Notes under the pieces: model-generated | Database searches by the model: none | What the model saw: only the letters and a program-made list of their open reading frames with translations | Told to the model about the DNA's origin: nothing | Program-made: the position numbers and the translations under genes | Shown here: positions 41,897-53,494 of the stretch, in pieces | How positions within the stretch are numbered: position 1 is the first letter of the stretch | Layout: each line of letters opens with the position of its first letter | Assembly: GCA_964016885.1 (NCBI GenBank) | Contig: OZ024755.1 | Location: 32,736,001 to 32,800,000 of the forward strand | DNA: 64,000 nt | Reading direction: 5' to 3' | Origin: Eledone cirrhosa | Taxonomy: Eukaryota

Positions 41897-42456
41897 TTAG
41901 ATCGATAACTATTAACAATTCTATATATACATATATATATACAACTCTGCAGCAAACCAACTAATTTCTTGTATACCTCTCTTCAAAGGAAATTTACAGT
42001 CGACGCTGAAGATATTGTTTATACACGAAATTCCTAATTTCACTAGGTACAGAAATTAGAAACTAGTCTTTCTTAATCTTCTATATATAAATTTGAGCGA
42101 ACTCCGTCCGTTCGTCTGTCACACAATGTGTGTGTGTGTGTGAATGTATATATGTGTGTGTAAAAAGAAGGAAGGAGATGGTGAAAAGAAAAACTATAGC
42201 AAAACAGCGGTTGGCGTTCCATTTGCTCCACTGAACAAATTCCTGGTATTTTAAATATGTTTATCCTGTTCGGATACGGACGCGGAGACCCCTCCATCTT
42301 CACCGCAGGATCGAACAGAAATAAAATTACAGGAAAATGGTTTAAAATGGAATTTAAGTGTTTCTTTCCAGTTATAATTTGAGGATACACAAATATTTCG
42401 GATTTAATTTATTTTTAAATTATTAAGAAGAAAAAAAAACCCAAACATTTACCGTA

Positions 42457-42660
42457 TTACTATAACAGGGGCAGTGGATGTGTTACTATAACAGGGGCAG
42501 TGGATGTGTTACTATAACAGGGGCAGTGGATGTGTTACTATAACAGGGGCAGTGGATGTGTTACTATAACAGGGGCAGTGGATGTGTTACTATAACAGGG
42601 GCATTGGATGTGTTACTATAACAGGGGCAGTGGATGTGTTACTATAACAGGGCCAGTGGA
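42457..42660. repeat. 26-bp minisatellite (x8) ending in a DNA-transposon terminus
   Basis: TTACTATAACAGGGGCAGTGGATGTG has period 26; the last unit continues as CAGGGCCAGTGGAAGGATTTCTGAATT, related to 35881. Confidence 0.88.
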
Positions 42661-42789
42661 AGGATTTCTGAATTAGTGGGGGCCAAATTGGGTCAATTTT
42701 GTATCATCAGTGAACGATTAAAGTTCATATGCTCGTCACAAGTATGAAAATACACTCTTCACAAGTACAATGTGTCCAAACACGGAAGA

Positions 42790-42922
42790 GCCGAACTCCC
42801 ACCGTCATCACCCTCACCATCTCTCTGTATAGTGAGAAAATGGGGTCCCACGGGTGGCCGCCCCACAGTCCCGGCGGATAGAATGGAGAAGGCGTTTCCA
42901 CGGAGGATGGTAAGGGAGATGT
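42790..42922 (-). mobile_element. CRE-like LINE 3' fragment
   Basis: ISLTILRGNAFSILSAG; 3' UTR shared with 51395-51580. Confidence 0.7.
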
Positions 42923-43501
42923 GATTAGTTTAGCTCTTTGTATTACAAAATGATCAGCAAACTTCGATATGCGATAAACATAACATGTACATAAGTTGTA
43001 GCGCGTCTACAAATAGATATGTGTTTTGGTAGTTTGGGGAGGAAATTATAATTATTGGTGGTGGGGTCATGGAGCCCAACTCACTGGCATTTTGTGATAA
43101 TTATTGGTGGTGGGGTCATGGAGCCCAACCCACTGGCATTTTGTGATACATATAAAGTGTTACAGTTGAAGCTTTTTCAACGTTCTTTTGAACAATATAT
43201 GAATTTATGGTCCCGTAACTCATGACAGAGTTGTAGGGGCGCCGTATTGACATACGGCGTTTTGGGGGCATTTTAAGGCTGACGGGGCCCATCTCTTTCC
43301 AGGCCTGCGTACAGCAGATTTCTTCAAGAGAAAGATAGAAAGTGAAAGAGGGCAAATGAGAATGAGAAAGAGTTATAGAGGAAATCGACCCCAGTACTAG
43401 ACAGGTAATTTTTTTTATCGACCTCGAAAGGATGAAAGGCAAAGTTGACCTCGGTGGGATTTGAACTTAGAGAGCAGAGAACCGGAACGAATACTATAAA
43501 G

Positions 43502-43730
43502 CAGGCATGACCCATATCTGACATGGGATACATGCGAGGGCCACATGGGTCACATATGTGTTGTCTGAGGGCCACACACGACAACTAATTGCGCACATTA
43601 CAACTCATTTTTTAAAAATGTTATATTACGAAGATAAAAGATGTTGGCGCTGTAAAAAACCTTTGTGCGGGCCGCAGGTGTGCTGGTAAAGGGCTGTATG
43701 CGGCCCGCGGGTCGCAGGTTTGACATGACT
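43502..43730. mobile_element. hAT/Charlie-like MITE nested in a SINE A
   Basis: CAGGCATG... / ...GACATGACTG ends with GCGGGCCGCA / CGGCCCGCGGG subterminal motifs; SINE halves at 43380-43500 and 43731-43780. Confidence 0.65.
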
Positions 43731-43861
43731 GGCGTAAAGCATTCTATCCGACGTTCTAACAACTCTGCCAATTCGCCGCCTTCTTTAGAAACAATATTTC
43801 GAACTTTGCAACCACAGGGTCTAGGTCTCTAGCTTGTCTGATAAAATGACAAGTCAGTCAA

Positions 43862-44140
43862 TCATATTGGGGGCCTCCCAAAATCCCCGGCGGACAGAAT
43901 GAAGAAGGCGTTTCCCCGGAGGACGGCAAGGGAGACGCGCTGGAAGAGCCATTTCAACTCGCGCGGCTCACACCTGCGGTGGTGAGTAGGGAGGTTAGCC
44001 CTAGAGACGAAGAAACTAGAAGTCTCCGCTGCCAAGGGTACGACCGCAAACCCGTCGGAGGACGACCGGTATTTGAAGAGTTTGACCTCCTCGGCCCGAC
44101 GTGCAGCAGAACCTGGGTTAGTCGCAGACTGCACCATGTT
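43862..44140 (-). mobile_element. CRE-like LINE C-terminus
   Basis: SATNPGSAARRAEEVKLFKY...VPLAAET...WLFQRVSLAVLRGNAFFILSAG. Confidence 0.82.
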
Positions 44141-45185
44141 GCGGCTGGAGAACTAAAGAACGATTTAAAATTATTCAAATTTGACCCCAAAAGAATCAAC
44201 GGTTAATTTAGAAGTAATTTTCTTCTTGTTGGTGCATTATCTAATCTATACATTTATACTACAAGCTTTTTATTTGTTTTTAACCTTATTATTAATAGTA
44301 TTATATTTAGTTGATCTATGCACTGTATAGTAAAAAATCATTGATTTTGACACGAAAGAAATGGCAGTAGTTTTACCGTTAGTACTCTTAGTTAAAGTAA
44401 TTATGTAAATATAATCCAACAATTTCAGTAAAATGAAATAAATTTATACTCGAGGAAAAAAACAAACAACACAAACAAAACTTTGTATCAATACTTTATG
44501 ATTTTGACTGTAATTATTCTAGATACCCATCAAAGTCTATTTCATAGAAACAACGTGTAACGTATACAGAATTTCTTTTCTTTTTCTTTTTGAATATAAT
44601 TTACTAAGAAACAAATCAATATAATAATGAGTCACTCAGCAAAAGACATGAATAAAAAAGAAAAAAAAAAGGGAGAAGTGACGCTCACTCCTCCGTTTAC
44701 AAGTTATTGCAGGGAATGCTAGTCCTCTGAAGGTTTTAGAAGCAGCTCAAACATTCACGGCATTACTACGAGTGAGAGAGTGATAGCATGACTGAGGTGT
44801 GGGAACAGCGAAGCTCTTAAAGAGCCTTAGCTGATGAAAACGAATCGCCAACGAAGACAACATTCTTGTTTTCATTGATCAAGCCCCCCTCAAACGTCTC
44901 TGGTTACCTCCATCACTAGAAAGTATGTGAGAATCTCGACACAACAGAAACTGTTGTAGTAAATCAGAGAGAAAATTTAGCTTAAAATAAATGTAATCGG
45001 AATTCTTATATCAATTTATTTGACTCTCTCGTTTTCTTATTCCCGAACAAAGTAGAAACATAATCCCCTCTTTCTCTCTTTCACACAAACACACACATAT
45101 ATATATATATATATGATATATCTGATATGTTGATTTAAAACTACACTATTCACAAGTGTATTTTAACCTTCATATCATGTCTCCC

Positions 45186-45256
45186 TATTTTATCTGACGA
45201 AAACGCAAATGTTATTGCATGATGATATTTGTTTTTGAAATGCGCATAATAAAATA
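45186..45256 (+). ncRNA. Type I hammerhead ribozyme motif (family A)
   Basis: tattttat-CTGACGA-aaacgcaaatgttatt-gcat-gatgatatttgttttt-GAA-ATGCGCAT-A|ataaaata; helix III is a perfect palindrome; predicted cleavage after 45248. Confidence 0.85.
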
Positions 45257-45284
45257 CATGGAACTCTTTTAACCATCTTTTGAT

Positions 45285-45324
<40 letters not shown>

Positions 45325-45327
<3 letters not shown>

Positions 45328-45423
45328 GGTGTCCCCCAAAAATGAATACACACTTCAACAGCATTCTAATAAATATTGCCTGCACAGGCAATCAAAGTGT
45401 ATATATATTTTTGGGACACCCTG
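45325..45423. mobile_element. Tc1/mariner-like MITE in a TA site
   Basis: TA|CAGGGTGTCCC...GGGACACCCTG|TA. Confidence 0.8.
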
Positions 45424-45436
45424 TATGTATATATAT

Positions 45437-45682
45437 ATAAATGTAATCTGAGTGTTTCGAATATTAATAACATTCGATTCGTTTGCAATTATGCAAGCAA
45501 GACTCAATTTTAAAGCCATGTCAGTAGAATGAACAATTCATTCTTGCTCTTCACATGCCAACATAAGAGCAAGAATGAAGGGTTCATTCTACTGACATGG
45601 CTATAAAATTGAGGCTTGTTTGCATAATTGCAAACGAATCGAATGTTATTATTAATATTCGAAAAACTCAGATTACATTTAT
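45437..45682. repeat. Long inverted repeat (about 115-bp arms, 13-nt loop)
   Basis: 45437-45551 pairs with 45565-45682, with few mismatches and a 3-nt indel. Confidence 0.92.
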
Positions 45683-47152
45683 TGTATTCAGCTATGTAGA
45701 GCGAAATATTCTTGTTGTATTATATATATATATATCTATCTATCTATCTAAAGCGGGTAAAATTCCCGAGATCCATGGACGAGTTCTCTCCAGCGGTCTC
45801 TGTCCCTCATTATCGCTGCCATGTCCTGCGTCTCCAACAGACCAGTGTCTGTCCTTAGGGCATCAACATGTTAACCTTGGTCTTCCTCTTCTAGTGTGTC
45901 CATGTAGGGGCTCCCAAAGGAGCCCTTTCCATTCCGAGTTCAAATCCCGCCGAGGTTAACTTTACCTTTCATCCTTACGGGGTCGATAAAATAAAGTACC
46001 AGTAATGCACTGAGTAATTGCTGGCCTTGTGCCAAAAGTAGAAACAATTGTTACAACACTCACTGTTGTGAAAAATAATTCAATGTGTTCTCTCCCATCT
46101 TTTTGCTTTATATTTCATTTCTTTTTCTTCTTTTCTCTGATTATTTTCTTTTTATAAATTGTTAATCTTTTTGCAAATTTATGTAAACATAGTTGTTTAT
46201 AGTAGAGTTTTAAAAATAAATATTTACTGTTTAGAATACAAACCCAGTGATTATTTTAATGTATAGTTGATCTCAACTTGTGTAGCTCTAAATATAATTT
46301 TGTGCAGTATGTTTAAATTCTGTGTCAAATATTACGTGCTTACATGGTAAATGATAGTTAAACTGAAAACACCTAAAATGTTAAAAATAGCCACTTCAAA
46401 TGCCAGACAATATCAAACACTGTCTCAAATATTTGTGCAATTAAAAAAAAAAAATAAATAAATAAATCTTTAAAATGAACACTGAAGAAATCTTTAAAAA
46501 CCATGACTAGCTATCTTTGCTTTTCATAGAAATAATACTTAAATCTAATTCATACGTCGTGGAGCTGATGAGAAATCAATTCCCCATTAAAAAAAATCAT
46601 AAAATAATTGTTTCTACTTTTGGCACAAGGCCAGCATTTATCCCAGTACATTACTGGTACTTTATTTTATCGACCCCGTAAGGATGAAAGGCAAAGTTAA
46701 CCTCGGAGGGATTTGAACTCAGAACATAAAGGAGCGTAACTCTATGCTACAAAGCATGGCGTCCGACCATAATATAATAAAGAGAGAAGTGCGGGATTGT
46801 GTCCTGAATAAATATTTTTTTATCCCATTAGTAAAATAAGTTGGATTACTTTGAATAAATAATTGTTTCTACTTTTGGCACAAGGCCAGCAATTACTCAG
46901 TAGTTTACTGGTACTTTATTTTATCGACCCCGTAAGGATGAAAGGCAAAGTTAACCTCGGCGGGATTTGAAATCAGATCATAAAGGGACGTAAATAATGA
47001 ATGAATATTACATAATTTAATTACTAGATTTCGTAGCTGTTGATTAAACAGAAATGTTCTTATATATAATGATTGCTTATTTTAAGATTCACTTCTTTAA
47101 ATAAGCAATCATTGTATATAAGAATATATATGAATGTATATAATATATATAT

Positions 47153-47184
<32 letters not shown>

Positions 47185-47442
47185 GTAATAATAATAAATT
47201 TGAAGACTAAAATCCAAAGAGGGCTCGATAAGGATAAATATATATCAGATATATAAGAACCGTAGAGCAAATATTTATATATTTATATATTTCCACGAAC
47301 CAAAGTATCGTCTTCCTGTCTTCCTTAGGTTGCAACGTTTTTTGAAATATTTACTTCTACGGTCACAGATTGACTTTTTTAGTTTCAGAAGATCCCGTTA
47401 AGGGTGAAAGCAGCGATTCTTTGCTTAAACTTTAATCTGTTA

Positions 47443-47475
<33 letters not shown>

Positions 47476-47510
47476 CAAAATGAAAATCCGAAGGCAAGAT
47501 AAAATTCCAA

Positions 47511-47598
47511 TCATTTAATCACGACACATGTTTCAATAAGAGATAGATCGATTGTGAAGCCATGATCGATTATCACTGATCTCATCAGGTGAAAATGA
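47511..47598 (-). ncRNA. Type I hammerhead motif with long imperfect helix II
   Basis: Minus strand: tcattttcac-CTGATGA-gatcagtgataatcgat...atcgatctatctcttatt-GAAACATGTGTC|gtgattaaatga; GUC triplet at 47525-47523. Confidence 0.7.
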
Positions 47599-47663
47599 AT
47601 TGTCTTCAAATTCTTGACATGAGGGAGAAAAAACGATGTTCTCTCACAGAATTCATTCCCTAA

Positions 47664-47703
<40 letters not shown>

Positions 47704-47709
47704 TATTTA

Positions 47710-48740
47710 TACACACACAGACATATATGTGCATGCATATACATACGCACAGGCACATACACATGTGTGCATGTATATACATACACACATAAACACAGAC
47801 ACATATACGTGCATGTATATACATACATACATACAAAGACATACATATACGTGCATGTATATACATACACACTGACACATACATATACGTGCATGTATAT
47901 ACATACACACTGACACATACATATACGTGCATGTATATATATAAACAGACACATACATATACGTGCATGCATATACATACACACAGACGCATACATAAAC
48001 GTGCATGTATATACATACATACATACAGACACATACATATACGTGCAAGTATATACATACACACAAACAGCTACATATGTGTGCATATACATACACACAG
48101 ACACATACATATACGTGCATGTATATACACAGACACATATACGTGCATGTATATACACAGACACATATACGTGCATGTATATACATACACACAGACACAT
48201 ACATATACGTGCATGTATATACATACACACTGACACATACATATACGTGCATGTATATACATACACACAAACAGCTACATATGTGTGTATATACATACAC
48301 ACAGACACACACATATACGTGCATGTATATACATACACACAGACTACACATGCATATACGTGCATGTATATACATACAGACACATACATATACGTGCATG
48401 TATATACATACACACTGACACATACATATACGTGCATGTATATACATACACACTGACACATACATATACGTGCATGTATATACATACACACAAACAGCTA
48501 CATATGTGTGCATATACATACACACAGACACATACATATACGTGCATGTATATACATACACACAGACTACACATGCATATACGTGCATGTATATACATAC
48601 AGACACATACATATACGTGCATGTATATACATACAGACACATACATATACGTGCATGTATATACATACACACAGACACATGCATATACGTGCATGTATAT
48701 ACATACAGACACATACATATACGTACATGTGTATACACGT
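47710..48740. repeat. Complex minisatellite with ATATACGTGCATGTATAT core
   Basis: The core recurs more than 20 times among CA/TA spacers. Confidence 0.92.
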
Positions 48741-49149
48741 TTTGGTGCTGTTGTTTTTTTTAATGGTTTTTAAGTGTTAAGGAGCGTAAATGGTGATTCA
48801 TGTACGTTCACTCACATCTTGTAATTAATTTAACTGAATATCTGGGTGTCCATCAATAAAACTCTCTCGTGGGATGTTATTTACTTGTATAAGTCATAAT
48901 ATCTCCCCCCCCCCTCGTCTCATGTTTTCCAGACATCTGTTCTCTTCTTGTTTTACACCATAGGCTTCATAATAACACACAACATACTCACTACACGACA
49001 TAAAACACGCATAAAAACACATGCATATGGATTTATTGAAATATATTGAAAGAATATATGATATAGACATGACATGCATACGCAGACAATATGTTCATAA
49101 AATACTAATAGACTTCCACATACATCTACATTATCACACATTAGACACG

Positions 49150-49705
49150 CATTTACATACAGACATTGTACACATATGCTAACACTTATTTACATACACT
49201 GACATGCACACACTAAAGTATCATATATTCACATACATACAAACATTGTACACATATGCTAACACTTATTTACATACACTGACATGCACACACTAAAGTA
49301 TCATATATTCACACACATACATACATTGTACACATATGCTAACACTTATTTACATACACTGACATGCACACACTAAAGTATCATATATTCACACACATAC
49401 AAACATTGTACACATATGCTAACACTTATTTACATACACTGACATGCACATACGAAAGTATCATATATTCACACACATACTAACACATTTACATACACTG
49501 ACGTGCACACACAAAAATATCATATATTCACACACATATGCTAACACATTTACATACACTGACATGCACACACGAAAATATCATATATTCACACACATAT
49601 ACTAACGCATTTACATACACTGACGTGCACACACGAAAATATCATATATTCAAACATACAAACATTGTACACATATGCTACCACATTTACATACACTGAC
49701 ATACA
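49150..49705. repeat. 80-bp tandem repeat (with shorter variants)
   Basis: CATTGTACACATATGCTAACAC... has period 80 (49164, 49244, ...). Confidence 0.9.
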
Positions 49706-50884
49706 TTTAATGGACGTATTTATATGTATTTACATACATACTGCTGTATCACCATACATATTTACTCACACTTGCTCATAACATAACACATATTTTACTA
49801 CATATTTTCACCAGAGGTGTAAAATAAATAACTATCCAACGGAAGTTTGCTAATGTTTTCCTGTTTGCTTTCCTTAAATTAAAATTAGCTTTGGTAAAAT
49901 GTTATGCTAAGAGATTCTTTGAAACTTTATTTATTCAGGTGTATGAATCTTTGGGCCCCTAACCAGTAAGAAGATTTTTAAAGTAAAAAAAAAAAAAAAA
50001 GCATTACTTGACCATTTGTTATATTATAATAGTGAGCTAAATAGATGTACTGGATGCTGGTATACTTTTAAAGACAGTGCCCTGGATTTTACCAAGCTCT
50101 CAGCCAGAAATGTTGGCGAGCTGTAAAGTACTAATTTCCCAATGGCGTCTAGGAAAGAAGATAAAGTGAAACATGTCTTCAGTTTGTTTATTTTGACATT
50201 AATATGGGAAGGTTTATATTCATTGTCAATATATTTGGCGTCAGGTTTCAGAGAGCCATTAAACTAGATCGTATACAGTCCAGTGTTCGGGGAGGGGAGA
50301 ATTTGGCAGAGGTACCATCCTGTTACTTAAACCACTGCTAAGCTGAATGCCAAAATTTATTTGTTTACTTTTGGTGCTAGTTCTTTATATATTCATGCAG
50401 ATTAACATGTGGGCCTGTGTAAACTATAATGTTATTCAGAATTAATAAATCCGTAAATTACTTTAGTGTTTTGAAAACGAAAAAATATATATATATATAT
50501 TTTTTGTAGTTGTTTTGACCTAAGAAATTTGGTAATCGAAACTTAGAAGTGATCTCAGTCATAAACGATATCTTAGTACAGTGATTGTAATGTTAGAACA
50601 AATAATAAAAGATATTAGAATTATTGAATTTACAAAATGTTTTCACAGCAGCTAAGTCATTTGGTTTTTAGTTTTAGTTATTTATTTATCTATTTTGAAA
50701 GTGTGAAGTGGCCTTTTGATTTAGCCAACATGACTATCTTCAAAAACCGAAAGAAAAACATCTGTTTTTTCCTTTTTACCAATACGTTTTTAAATACTAT
50801 ACATTGCAAGATCGATGTCAATTTATTTCAGCTCAACATATCAAAATTGCAAAGCTAAATTGTGTGATTAGCCATATTTAGCTA

Positions 50885-51076
50885 CCGTATTTCCCGTCCT
50901 AGAGGACGCACCCAAAAAATGTGAAAATAAATAATTGTTTCTTCTTTAGGCACAAGGCCAGCAATTACCCAGTGCATTACTGGTACTTAAACAATCTTCG
51001 GCCTCCAGGACGCATGGTAGATTTTTTTAGACTTATTTTAGGAAAAAAGTAGAGTCTACGACGCCGGGAAATACGG
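50885..51076. mobile_element. pogo/Tigger-like MITE with a SINE A fragment inside
   Basis: TA|CCGTATTTCCCG ... CGGGAAATACGG|TA. Confidence 0.8.
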
Positions 51077-51394
51077 TAAGTTTTAAATGTACTGGCTATA
51101 CCAATTACTATGAAACACATCTACATTTGTACATTATTCTATGTACTATACATGCACCTTTGATGAGTTGTAGTACACCTGAGCACTGTACACAACAATT
51201 TCATTATTACATGAGGTCGCCTTCATGTAAGTTTTGTCAGAAATGTTCTGCGAGTTGTGCTAAGACGCCATTTCACATATTTTAGATAGAATACTGCTGC
51301 ACGACTACCTAGCTATTTGGTTTTATTGCAGAATACCTTAATGGAAGTGTGTGTCCGTGAAACATATACATATACACCAGGTCCGAACACAAAG

Positions 51395-51580
51395 GAACCA
51401 AACTCCCACTGTCACTGCCTCCGTCGTTCCCGTTCTCCCCATCTTTCACTATTGTGAGTAAATGGGGGTTCACGCGCTGGCCGCCGCGCCGCTCCGACGG
51501 ACAGAATAGAGAAGGCGTTTCCCCGAAGGATGGCGAGGGAGATGCGCTGGCAGAGCAATTCCAGCTCGCAAGGCTAACAC
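51395..51580 (-). mobile_element. CRE-like LINE 3' fragment
   Basis: EPxELELLCQRISLAILRGNAFSILS-like terminus. Confidence 0.72.
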
Positions 51581-52453
51581 TATTTACGATCTTACAAATA
51601 GGTTTCTAGTCTCGCACATAACATATACCCAAACCATTTGTTCTTTGGATGATTTTGGGATACATTTGCTCTCTAACTTTTGGGGTCACCGCCCCAACTC
51701 AACTCCACGTAATACCCTCAGCGCCCCAAACCTTATGTCCCGAGAGACCTGCCTACACGCAAATTGTAAATAATATATAAATAAAATCTGAAATTTATAC
51801 ATAATAAATAATATAATGTATACTATGTATAAATAAATAAATATATATTATTTTACTATATTTATATATAATTGTTTCAGCAAATACCCAGTGTATTACT
51901 GGTACTTTATTTTATCGACCCGACCCCGTAAGGATGAAAGGCAAAGTTAACCTCGGCGGGACTATATTTATATATAATATGTATCAATTGATATTTAATA
52001 TACTAAATCATCTCTACTGCCCCATAGGCACCAGCGCCCCCGTGGACCTTCTCAATTCCCCCTGGGGGTGGTAGCGCCCACTTTGAGAACTTCTGTGTTG
52101 AGCCTTGTATAGTTGTTCCTTATCTCTGCGTTCTGAGTTCAAATTCCACTGAGACCATTTGGCTTTTCATCCTTTAAAACTCAATAAAGAAAATACTGGG
52201 CCATTACTGGTGCTGCCCTCTCTCCTTCCAGTTATCGTATTTTGGCTGTATCGCTGGGTTAAGGAATGAGGGGTGCGAGAGTGTCCGCATCTGGACACCT
52301 ATAACCCGTAGCGAAAGTATGGTTCTACCATGTTATACTCACTTGCAAGTGGCGGCTGTAGTAGTTTTAGTTACAGATTATTTTTCACGTTGAAACATTC
52401 TAGATTGAACTCAATATATAAAACTTGGAAAAACTTTCATTATATTTCGTTAA

Positions 52454-52644
52454 GGGCGGTGGATTGGCAGTATCAGTAGAGGGTCGGACGCCATTCTTTG
52501 CAGCAAAGGGTTACGGCCCTTTATGGTCTGAGTTCAAATCCCGCCGAGGTTAATTTTGCCTTTCATCCTTACAGGGTCGATAAAATAAAGTACCAGTAAT
52601 GCACTGGAGTATTTGCTGGCCTTGTGCCAAAAGTAGAAACAATT
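52454..52644 (+). mobile_element. SINE A with 15-bp target-site duplication
   Basis: ATTATATTTCGTTAA at 52439-52453 and 52642-52656. Confidence 0.92.
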
Positions 52645-52949
52645 ATATTTCGTTAACGAGAGTTTAATTTTACTCGTGAACATATTCTTTTACTATTAGC
52701 TTCTATTTTCAGGGATACCCGATATTAGCTGGGGAATAAAATACACATATGGTGGCTGATTTGTTTGGATCAGAATCACAGTACTTCTGCTTACATTTAT
52801 TATTTTAAACACTATGTTTATATGATTTGTAACAGTTACACGGTTACTTTTTAATTCCTAAATTTCACTTGCGTTTCAATAACCAACTCTAAAGACTGTT
52901 GGTATAGCTAATCATATGTCTGAATACTCTAAAGAGCTAACAGAAATGT

Positions 52950-53408
52950 ATGTATGTATGTTTCCCTTTCTCTTAATTTCGAGTACATTTTTGACCAGCC
53001 ACCTTCCTGGTGGCAAGGTTGTAAAAGAAAAGAAATTGTCATCCCTTGAATCGCAAGAATGTCTTACAAATTTTGAAGGTACCAGCTATCGCAGCTATTT
53101 GTAGACTATGAATCAGGGAGCTGCGCTCTTTGTCCACAAATCCAAGTTCAGTCATACTTTGGTCCAAGCGGGCCGGTGTATAACCTGTAGCTCTAATAAT
53201 TGTTTCTACTTTTGGCACAAGGCCAGCAATTACTCAGTGCATTACTGGTACTTATATTTTATCGACTCCGTAAGGATGAAAGGCAAAGTTAACCTCGGTG
53301 GGATTTGAGTATGAAGCTGAAGGTGTATCTTGGATACTGGATCTGCAAACTTCTCATCAATGGTCCGTAGATGTCTTCCTTCTCTTGTATTTTTCTTACA
53401 ACGTTGAC

Positions 53409-53410
<2 letters not shown>
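52950..53410 (-). mobile_element. R4/NeSL-like RLE LINE 3' fragment, split by a SINE A fragment (53198-53308)
   Basis: VNVVRKIQEKEDIYGPLMRSLQIQYPRYTFSFI / ATGYTPARLDQSMTELGF...LQIAAIAGTFKICKTFLRFKG* (stop 53039-53041); bounded by (CATA)n. Confidence 0.72.
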
Positions 53411-53439
<29 letters not shown>

Positions 53440-53494
53440 TGTATGTATGTATGTATGTATGTATGTATGTATGTATGTATGTATGTATGTATGT

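Noticed and set aside
44805-44860. GCTCTTAAAGAGC hairpin next to CTGATGA
   Set aside because: There is no GAAA box in the right position and no helices I/II.
38690-47450. Segmental duplication of 38.7-41.5 kb onto 45.1-47.4 kb
   Set aside because: The same element families occur in both, but order and orientation differ and the intervening sequence is unrelated; independent insertions fit better.
52916-53104. Plus-strand ORF or exon HLPGGKVVKEKK...
   Set aside because: It is the antisense of the RLE LINE C-terminus and 3' UTR.
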